IMG/VR virus record: IMGVR_UViG_3300002184_000001
Location: 1 to 5,921 of that record
Direction: 5' to 3' (one strand)
Length of the DNA stretch: 5,921 nt
Source: a virus
Within the stretch, counting starts at the first letter, position 1; each line of letters starts with the position of its first letter. Below the pieces are notes generated by a model. The model made no database searches and was not told where the DNA came from. It saw only the letters and a program-made list of their open reading frames with translations. This document shows positions 1 through 5,150 of this stretch, in pieces. The translations under genes and the position numbers were made by a program.

Positions 1-74
1 CTTCCTGGCTCGAAGTAGCACGGATCGCCAACGACGCAAGTGGACGCGCCAGGATTCGGCGAGGACTCGGCGAT
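1..74. repeat. Left copy of the 74-nt terminal direct repeat (circular-assembly overlap)
   Basis: cttcctggctcgaagtagcacggatcgcca...gaggactcggcgat is identical to 5848-5921 by direct comparison. Confidence 0.97.
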
Positions 75-887
75 AGTGCGGCGGCACACTTCCGCGCCCT
101 GCTCGATCTTGTACGCGTAGCCGGTCGGGCAGGCGTCGGCGGGCATAGAGGCGGACAGCGTCGGCTTATCGCCTGGTGAACTGCACGTCTGAATGGTGCC
201 CTTGTAAACGGCGCCGTCAAAGGTGTGGCGAACACCGGCGAGTGACCCTCGCCACGGGCCATAACGTGTGACAGGAGAGACGCAACCAAGGGATGAGCCG
301 GAGGCTATCGGGCGACACCAAGAAGCGGGAGCGCGAACAAGCTGGTCAGCGTAGTAGCCGGAATCCCAGTAACCAGATGCAACGACCGTTGCAGCGCCCT
401 CAGTGCAACCACAGTAGACGGTTGACACCCACGGGATAGAGGGCCGGCAGTAGGCGACGATCTGAGTGACTTCCCCGGTAATGTTGGTGACACTGTTTGT
501 CACGTTGTTGCGCATCGTGCCAAGCAGCTGAAAATGGTACGTGGTGTACGTGTAGGAGTACGAGCCCGCGCCACCCGTTGGAGGCTGCGTGACGGTGGTG
601 GTACTGGTTGGACCACCGGCACCGGCCACGCGCGCCTGGCAGCTGGTGTAGGTATACGTGAGCGATGAACCGCCAGCGGTTTGCAGGTCACTGTAGCGCC
701 TGGCCCCCGCTCGCTCGCATGCCTCACTCATCGAGGTCTGCGACGCCGCAAATAGGCCCGCACTGCCAGCAGGATCAGTAGCCCCATAATAATCGGGCTT
801 ATTTTCTGGCGCCTGAGCGAAGCAGGAACCAGAGAGCAGGCAGCACAGCCAACAGAACCACGTAGCCGTAATAGTTTTCCATGACAC
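1..887 (-). CDS. Adsorption/minor coat protein (g3p analogue), N-terminal part; ORF continues across the circular junction to 5445 (429 aa total)
   Basis: Hand translation of the minus strand shows an open frame from 887 to base 1 with no stops, continuing in frame at 5847. GTG 887-885 lies 6 nt downstream of GGAG (897-894). The N-terminus MSWKTITATWFCWLCCLLSGSCFAQA/PENK is a canonical Sec signal peptide with an AQA cleavage site, followed by a Cys-, Thr-, Gly- and Tyr-rich ectodomain. It is missing from the ORF track because it is split by the window edge; track ORFs 305-493, 500-727 and 728-1033 are off-frame fragments. Confidence 0.75.
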   Translation of the reverse strand, partial: MSWKTITATWFCWLCCLLSGSCFAQAPENKPDYYGATDPAGSAGLFAASQTSMSEACERAGARRYSDLQTAGGSSLTYTYTSCQARVAGAGGPTSTTTVTQPPTGGAGSYSYTYTTYHFQLLGTMRNNVTNSVTNITGEVTQIVAYCRPSIPWVSTVYCGCTEGAATVVASGYWDSGYYADQLVRAPASWCRPIASGSSLGCVSPVTRYGPWRGSLAGVRHTFDGAVYKGTIQTCSSPGDKPTLSASMPADACPTGYAYKIEQGAEVCRRTIAESSPNPGASTCVVGDPCYFEPG

Positions 888-897
888 TTTGTTCTCC

Positions 898-926
898 AAA
901 AATGATGCGAGGCCCGAAGGCCCCGC
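898..926 (-). terminator. Intrinsic terminator or attenuator between the coat genes and the g3p-like gene
   Basis: The minus strand reads gcGGGGCC-UUCG-GGCCUCgc (8-bp stem with one G-U pair, UUCG tetraloop; 926-907), then AUCAUUUUU (906-898). It starts 8 nt after the coat-paralog stop, and the U-tract abuts the g3p Shine-Dalgarno sequence. Confidence 0.55.
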
Positions 927-933
927 TGATTGT

Positions 934-1128
934 TTAGGCCTTCAAGATCAGACGCCGCACGATGAACACGACAGCGACCGCCGCAGAAAGGCCGATAAGG
1001 ATGGGAGCTGCGGCGCCAAGACCGCCTTCCCATTCAACCTTGAACTGCTGTATCGCAGGCGTCAAATCAAGCGCAAGAGCAGGAAGTGGCAAGAGTACGA
1101 GCGCAGTGATGCACCACGGCGCACGCAC
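934..1128 (-). CDS. Second major-coat-type protein (g8p paralog), 64 aa, GTG start
   Basis: Signal peptide MRAPWCITALVLLPLPALA. The mature ~45 aa LDLTPAIQQFKVEWEGGLGAAAPILIGLSAAVAVVFIVRRLILKA has an acidic N-terminus, a hydrophobic core and a basic C-terminus. It shares GAAAPI-x-GL and a 17-nt block with the upstream coat gene. GTG 1128 lies 2 nt after the coat gene stop. Confidence 0.65.
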   Translation of the reverse strand: MRAPWCITALVLLPLPALALDLTPAIQQFKVEWEGGLGAAAPILIGLSAAVAVVFIVRRLILKA

Positions 1129-1130
1129 GA

Positions 1131-1352
1131 TCAGCCCTTGCGGACAAGCTTGATGACGATGCCGATACCGATCACCAGGGCGACGAGACCCAGGACAATG
1201 GGAGCAGCGGCGCCGACGTTTGCTTCCACGTCGCTTTTCATGGCGGTGAGAGCGGTCGACAGGTCGACAGTCGCGTTGGCGGCTGTCGCAGCCAGGGTGA
1301 GAGGCAGACCCAATGCCAGGAGTTGCAGACGGGTTTTGATTGCACGTTTCAT
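1131..1352 (-). CDS. Major coat protein (g8p analogue), 73-aa precursor
   Basis: Signal peptide MKRAIKTRLQLLALGLPLTLAATAANA. The mature ~46 aa TVDLSTALTAMKSDVEANVGAAAPIVLGLVALVIGIGIVIKLVRKG has the classic layout of an acidic N-terminus, a TM helix and a basic C-terminus. A GAAAGG Shine-Dalgarno sequence lies 5-6 nt upstream of ATG 1352. Its position after the ssDNA-binding gene matches Ff gene VIII. Confidence 0.85.
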   Translation of the reverse strand: MKRAIKTRLQLLALGLPLTLAATAANATVDLSTALTAMKSDVEANVGAAAPIVLGLVALVIGIGIVIKLVRKG

Positions 1353-1384
1353 AGTTACCTTTCAGTTGGTTGTTTTCTTGGGCG

Positions 1385-1621
1385 TTAATGCCCTGTCCAG
1401 GATTGGACTTTCTCTATCACGAACGCAGCGCCCCAGGCCAGAAACCAGCATGAGAGCACCGCGCCCGCTATTGCCCACCCATCGTCATACGTCAACGGCG
1501 GCAGGAGGACAGTAGGCAGTTGCACGTCCACTGCGCCCAGGCTTGCACAGGTGGTCGCATCGGCGGTCTGCACAAGTGCATCAACGCCAGTCGTGCCCGT
1601 GGGAATAGCGCAGTAGTGCAT
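1385..1621 (-). CDS. Small membrane protein, possible minor virion cap protein (positional analogue of g7p/g9p)
   Basis: 78 aa with one C-terminal hydrophobic helix (WAIAGAVLSCWFLAWGAAFVI). The ATG lies 5 nt after the ssDNA-binding gene stop. It sits between the gene-V and gene-VIII analogues. No recognisable family. Confidence 0.55.
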   Translation of the reverse strand: MHYCAIPTGTTGVDALVQTADATTCASLGAVDVQLPTVLLPPLTYDDGWAIAGAVLSCWFLAWGAAFVIEKVQSWTGH

Positions 1622-1626
1622 GTTGT

Positions 1627-1920
1627 TTAAGCCTTAACAGCTTGCTGCTGTTGCTTGGCTACTTCGACCTTGCGAATGGAAAACTGAAGGCGATTTTCGC
1701 GGTCGATGTAATGGTCAACGTGCAGGTTGTAAACGCCTGCTGGCATCGACAAGGGCGAGCCTTTTGGCATCATGACAGTAGCAATGTCGGTGCGGACGTC
1801 ACCGTCCTTGTCAGTGACCTGGACGAGACCCTTGGCCTCAGTCATGACCCAGGTTTTGCCGTTCTTTTCGCCAGAACGCGAATTGCAGGTGATGAGTTGA
1901 AATGGAACGATCATGGACAT
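1627..1920 (-). CDS. Putative ssDNA-binding protein (gene V analogue), 97 aa
   Basis: Small soluble protein directly downstream of rep (9-nt gap). Size and position are those of inovirus g5p. The assignment is positional; I recall no diagnostic motif. Confidence 0.6.
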   Translation of the reverse strand: MSMIVPFQLITCNSRSGEKNGKTWVMTEAKGLVQVTDKDGDVRTDIATVMMPKGSPLSMPAGVYNLHVDHYIDRENRLQFSIRKVEVAKQQQQAVKA

Positions 1921-1929
1921 GGTTTTTTC

Positions 1930-2865
1930 CTATGTTGGAGACAAGAGAGATTGCGCGCCGGTTAGTCTCCTGGGTAACTCTGAGCGCTTGATGCGGTCGA
2001 TGACCGCGAAGTAATCGCCACCGTGAAAGATGGCTAATGCGTGGACTGCTCGACCCACCTGGCGCTGTGCCCAAGTAGCTATTTGGTCAAGTGTTTTTTC
2101 GGCAACGACGCGCGCCGTTTTGATGTACTCGACAACCTTGGAAAGCCACGAGAGAGCCGGATACGCGCCAGCCAGATAAACAGCGGGCTGCGTAAGCACG
2201 TCGAACGGAATAACACGATCTTTTGCCCTTAGCTCGAGCTCGATGCGCACCCAATCAGGATGGACGATATCGCCTAGCTGCTGGCCCTTTTCGTAGATGC
2301 GACACATCTTGCCGTTCTCACGCTTACCGACGTAGAGCGTGCGCGCTGGACGCTGTCCGAACTCACCAGACGATAGGAACTTGTGTGACGCAGGCTTGCC
2401 AGCTTTCGCCGGATTGAAAGCACCAGCGGCGTAGTCCGATAGAGCAGCGTCAACCGAGTAATTCTTAGCCTCCAGGTCATCAAATGCGAGATCGACGCGA
2501 GAGATGCGGCAGTCGTTAGCTTCAAGCCAGCGCGCAAGTCCCGGCCAGTCTGTGCAGAGGGAACAAGCCACACCCATGAGAGACACGTAAACGCGACCGA
2601 GTTGAGCACTACCGCCCCAAGCGACAAGGCCTCCCAGGTTGACGTCGGCAGAGCGACTAAAGCCCATCCAGCCGCCACGCCGAGGGCTGGCAGAAATAGC
2701 AGGGAAAAAGGTATCCAGAGTGCAGCATAGGGCCGGTAAATCGGCATCGGTGAAACTCTCCATCTTGAAAGAAAAAGCCAGCGCATCGACGTGAGCAACT
2801 GGGGAATGTTGCGGGGAATAATTTCCCCCCGTATTACTAGACGGGGGGAGCGCTTCGAGCTTCAT
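1930..2865 (-). CDS. Rolling-circle replication initiator, Rep_trans-like (pT181 RepC / CTXphi RstA type), 311 aa
   Basis: The motifs ISRVDLAFDD, TLYVGKRENGKMCRIYEKGQQLG and DWVRIELELRAKDR match my memory of the Rep_trans (PF02486) pattern. The ATG at 2865 overlaps the upstream ORF stop as ATGA. Confidence 0.8.
   Translation of the reverse strand: MKLEALPPSSNTGGNYSPQHSPVAHVDALAFSFKMESFTDADLPALCCTLDTFFPAISASPRRGGWMGFSRSADVNLGGLVAWGGSAQLGRVYVSLMGVACSLCTDWPGLARWLEANDCRISRVDLAFDDLEAKNYSVDAALSDYAAGAFNPAKAGKPASHKFLSSGEFGQRPARTLYVGKRENGKMCRIYEKGQQLGDIVHPDWVRIELELRAKDRVIPFDVLTQPAVYLAGAYPALSWLSKVVEYIKTARVVAEKTLDQIATWAQRQVGRAVHALAIFHGGDYFAVIDRIKRSELPRRLTGAQSLLSPT
2813..2848. other. Two overlapping GC-rich hairpins inside the 5' end of rep (candidate origin or translational control structure)
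   Basis: ccccccgt (2825-2832) pairs perfectly with acgggggg (2841-2848) around the 8-nt loop attactag. An alternative hairpin pairs ggggaa (2813-2818) with ttcccc (2823-2828). The motif ggggaat occurs twice (2801, 2813). Confidence 0.45.
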
Positions 2866-3062
2866 CGAGCAACCTGAACAAGAGTGCCAAAGTCATCCAT
2901 ACGCATGGCCCCGCGCCAAGGACCGTAGTGAGCAAACCAAGCACCTTGGTAGCACTGCGCACAACCCAACGTCGTGCGGCCAGTAGCGAGGGTGTAGCGA
3001 CGATACGTTGTGTCGGTGAAGGTGAACCCGTACGCGCCACGCTGAAAAATCGTGTGACTCAT
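2862..3062 (-). CDS. Hypothetical small protein (66 aa from ATG 3062; 68 aa if ATG 3068)
   Basis: ATG 3062-3060 overlaps the upstream ORF stop (ATGA), and its own TGA overlaps the rep ATG (ATGA). This translational coupling within the operon supports that it is coding. No recognisable family. Confidence 0.5.
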   Translation of the reverse strand: MSHTIFQRGAYGFTFTDTTYRRYTLATGRTTLGCAQCYQGAWFAHYGPWRGAMRMDDFGTLVQVAR

Positions 3063-3301
3063 TTGCATGCACCCCGCCGCACATCAGAAGAACGCCGATT
3101 GCCAATAGGTCGGCCCTCCCCCGCCACGAACGCCGGAGCCGCAAGCACCAGCGCTCGTCTTTCGGCAGGGGAGAGTTGTTGCAGTCGGTCGTAGATGGCA
3201 TCCACGTCGGACTTGACTGTTGAGAATGGCAGCGACAGCTGTTGCTGCTCGAAGCGTTGCGACTTTGTCAAGCGGTCGCTCGGTCGATAACTTTTGGACA
3301 T
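3059..3301 (-). CDS. Hypothetical small protein, 80 aa, first gene of the leftward operon (possible ribbon-helix-helix/Cro-like regulator; speculative)
   Basis: The internal ATG 3301 of track ORF 3059-3568 is preceded by AGGAG (3315-3311) with a 9-nt spacer. The longer track version would run through the promoter/operator region and the repressor gene. The segment QLSLPFSTVKSDVDAIYDRL loosely fits a beta-strand-helix RHH start. Confidence 0.5.
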   Translation of the reverse strand: MSKSYRPSDRLTKSQRFEQQQLSLPFSTVKSDVDAIYDRLQQLSPAERRALVLAAPAFVAGEGRPIGNRRSSDVRRGACK

Positions 3302-3323
3302 GGCTTGCGGCTCCTGTTGGTGT

Positions 3324-3371
3324 GTCCCCACGTGGGAACACGACAGCGGATTTTTGTTCGCAGGTGCGAAC
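3324..3371. promoter_or_regulatory. Two related 16-bp palindromic operators (GTYCSCA-N2-TGSGRAC)
   Basis: O1 is GTCCCCA-CG-TGGGAAC (3324-3339), at about +4 to +19 of the leftward transcript. O2 is GTTCGCA-GG-TGCGAAC (3356-3371) and almost exactly fills the -35/-10 spacer. The centres are 32 bp apart. Confidence 0.6.
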
Positions 3372-3379
3372 ATTGTCAA
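3350..3379 (-). promoter_or_regulatory. Leftward sigma70-type promoter of the replication/morphogenesis operon
   Basis: On the minus strand there is a perfect -35 TTGACA (3379-3374), an 18-nt spacer, and a -10 AAAAAT (3355-3350). The predicted transcription start is near 3343, about 42 nt upstream of ATG 3301. Confidence 0.6.
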
Positions 3380-3407
3380 CACATCACCACAGAGGGAGAA
3401 TCGCGCG

Positions 3408-3863
3408 ATGGAAATTGCAGCACTGTTAGATTTAGCTAAAGCGAAACAATCGCTTGACAGTGACAACCGATTAGCGCTAGCGCTCGTCGTATCGCGCGGC
3501 ATGGTGTCCGCATGGCGAAAAGGAGAGAGAGCACCAGACGCACAGAACGCGATGAAGCTCGCAGACATGGCCGAGCTTGATCGCCTGGAAGTTTTAGCGA
3601 TCTGCGAACTACATAGGGAAACAGACCCAAAGCGGCGAGCTTACTGGGCGATGTTCAGACCTGGTTTGCGTCGGGTGGCGTCGATGGTAGCTGCGGTTAT
3701 CGGCGCTTCGCTTTTCGTCCCGCAGGACGTTCGCGCACGCTCACTTGAAGTAAGCGGTCAGGCTCCGTGGAATATAAATTCCAGAACAATTTGCCTAGCA
3801 ATTTGGCATAAGCTAATTTCTGCGATCGCCACGCCGGGACGTTGTTTTCTTACAACAGTGTAG
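3408..3863 (+). CDS. XRE/Cro-CI-type HTH repressor with a predicted C-terminal transmembrane segment, 151 aa
   Basis: The internal ATG 3408 of track ORF 3294-3863 is preceded by GGGAG (3394-3398). The HTH signature is DNRLALALVVSRGMVSAWRKGERAP. The hydrophobic stretch VASMVAAVIGASLFVP is flanked by basic residues. It is the only plus-strand gene and is divergent from the rep operon. Confidence 0.7.
   Translation: MEIAALLDLAKAKQSLDSDNRLALALVVSRGMVSAWRKGERAPDAQNAMKLADMAELDRLEVLAICELHRETDPKRRAYWAMFRPGLRRVASMVAAVIGASLFVPQDVRARSLEVSGQAPWNINSRTICLAIWHKLISAIATPGRCFLTTV
3801..3828 (-). other. dif-like sequence, candidate XerC/D-dependent attP
   Basis: The minus strand reads cgaTCGCAgAA-attagc-TTATGccAAAT, compared with E. 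coli dif GGTGCGCATAA-TGTATA-TTATGTTAAAT. The XerD arm matches 9/11 and the XerC arm 7/11, with the correct 6-nt spacer. The region is AT-rich and the genome has no integrase. Confidence 0.35.
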
Positions 3864-3970
3864 TTTCCGGTAGTGAATTGCAAGATCTTGCGCTGTAGTT
3901 TAGCTACGGCTTGGCATCTATCAGGGCTCGCGCCCCGATACCCGCGCCGAGCGTGTGAGGATGTTACGGC

Positions 3971-4006
3971 AAATAAAAACCCCGACGCCTTGTGAGCGAC
4001 GGGGTT
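3971..4006 (-). terminator. Rho-independent terminator of the leftward operon (possibly bidirectional)
   Basis: The minus strand reads AACCCCGTCGC-TCACAAG-GCGTCGGGGTT (10 of 11 pairs) followed by TTTATTT, starting 20 nt after the zot stop. The same hairpin on the plus strand, followed by a weaker T-tract (gtgttgtttt), could terminate the repressor transcript. Confidence 0.8.
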
Positions 4007-4025
4007 CGATGTGTTGTTTTGCAGG

Positions 4026-5147
4026 TTATTGGTACTTTGGCGGTATCGTCCAATCTGAGGATCGATGTGCGCTGTAGTTGGCGCCTGCCAGGTCTATCGC
4101 ACGATATTCCTGGCCAGGACGCGCGTCCACCTGGACGCCAGGCGCGGCACGCTGCGCTGGCATGTCACCGGCAACAGGTTCCTTCCTGCCGTTTGGGTTG
4201 CGCCACTCGGCGAAGATGCGGCCCTGGACGTATTCGTTGCAAAACTTCGCAGTGGCCTGGACGATGGTTGCATCCTCGGTGTAACACGTACAGGACTCCA
4301 CCTCATTGATCTTTTTGATGATGCAGCCCGCAGGAACCGGAGCACGTTGCGGCTCGATCAACTTGGCGTACTGCGGTTGAAGCCAGGGCTGTTCCGCCTG
4401 GCCTGCTGCGCCTACATCGAGACCCTGGGCGCGCATGGGGTCGCGCTTGCCGTTAATCATCTCCTGGAGCGGTTTGGCTGCGTCGGCGACGGTCGCACCG
4501 CGAGCGGTGCTCAGCGTCGCCTCCTTGCCCCTGGTAGCCATGTCGCTGTAGTGATTGAAAAGTTTGTAACCCGAAAAGGCGATAACTACCGCGATGAGAG
4601 GCAGCACGAAAAAGATTTTTGGATAGCTGGCTTTGACGGTGTGCGCGTCCGCAGACTTATAGAGACCGAACGCTTCCTGCGGATACGAAAAGCGCGACGA
4701 GAGCGCGAGCTTGCGCCTGGTGTCAGTGTCGAAGGAATCATCGTATTTGCCCCACTCGTAGACCTGGGCGCCCTTCCACCCGAAAGCGCGGTACATGTGA
4801 ATGTGCTTGCCACAATTCTTGCGGATGTATGTGTTGAGGAACGACGGGTGCTGAGTGATGAAAACGATATCGATACCTCGATGTCCGTGCTTGCTCAACT
4901 CCTTGATGTACTCAGGTTCTTTGCCTGCGGCACACGGTCCGAAATCATCCTGGGCTTCATCGACAACCAGGACGCCGTTAGTGCCTATGGCTGTCGTCCA
5001 CTCCTTCGGGTCCACCTGTATCCAGGGCAGCTTGAGTTCCGGAATTCCGTTGTGATAAATCGGTCGACCAGGGAACATTTTTTCCATCTGCGACACGGCG
5101 TAAAGCGTCTTGCCGGTGCGCGGTTGAGCGCTGATGATGATGATCAT
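4026..5147 (-). CDS. zot: Zot / pI-family phage assembly ATPase, 373 aa
   Basis: The N-terminal P-loop is MIIIISAQPRTGKT and the Walker-B-like motif is GVLVVDEAQD. A central TM helix (IFFVLPLIAVVIAFSGY) is followed by a C-terminal periplasmic domain. It is the last gene of the operon, after the g6p-like gene. Confidence 0.9.
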   Translation of the reverse strand: MIIIISAQPRTGKTLYAVSQMEKMFPGRPIYHNGIPELKLPWIQVDPKEWTTAIGTNGVLVVDEAQDDFGPCAAGKEPEYIKELSKHGHRGIDIVFITQHPSFLNTYIRKNCGKHIHMYRAFGWKGAQVYEWGKYDDSFDTDTRRKLALSSRFSYPQEAFGLYKSADAHTVKASYPKIFFVLPLIAVVIAFSGYKLFNHYSDMATRGKEATLSTARGATVADAAKPLQEMINGKRDPMRAQGLDVGAAGQAEQPWLQPQYAKLIEPQRAPVPAGCIIKKINEVESCTCYTEDATIVQATAKFCNEYVQGRIFAEWRNPNGRKEPVAGDMPAQRAAPGVQVDARPGQEYRAIDLAGANYSAHRSSDWTIPPKYQ

Positions 5148-5150
5148 AGG

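Noticed and set aside
305-1033. Track ORFs 305-493, 500-727 and 728-1033 (minus strand)
   Set aside because: They are off-frame relative to the continuous 429-aa g3p-like ORF, and their Arg/Pro-rich translations are typical of wrong-frame reading.
889-1515. 208-aa plus-strand ORF antisense to the coat genes and the small membrane protein
   Set aside because: The translation is Arg/Pro/Thr-rich and resembles no known protein. It overlaps three well-supported minus-strand genes and the attenuator.
2274-2798. 174-aa minus-strand ORF in an alternative frame inside rep
   Set aside because: It is entirely nested in the Rep_trans-like ORF, which carries recognisable motifs. It has no independent ribosome-binding site and its composition looks off-frame.
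1930-2865. Internal in-frame restart products analogous to Ff pX (in rep) or pXI (in zot)
   Set aside because: Internal Met codons exist (for example MCRIYEKG in rep), but none has a convincing Shine-Dalgarno sequence or sits at the position expected relative to the TM segment. There is no support from sequence alone.
3059-3568. Long 169-aa version of the first leftward ORF, and long 189-aa version (3294-3863) of the repressor ORF
   Set aside because: The 5' extensions run through the divergent promoter/operator region and into each other's coding sequence. Internal ATGs (3301 and 3408) have good Shine-Dalgarno sequences and give sensible proteins.
3822-3829. GCGATCGC 8-bp palindrome (HIP1-like)
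   Set aside because: It is a single occurrence within the dif-like segment, with no over-representation in the window to suggest a repeat family.
5133-5147. (GAT)4-CAT triplet repeat at the zot start (encodes MIIII)
   Set aside because: The repeat is short and in frame, so slippage would only add or remove an Ile. It is probably incidental.
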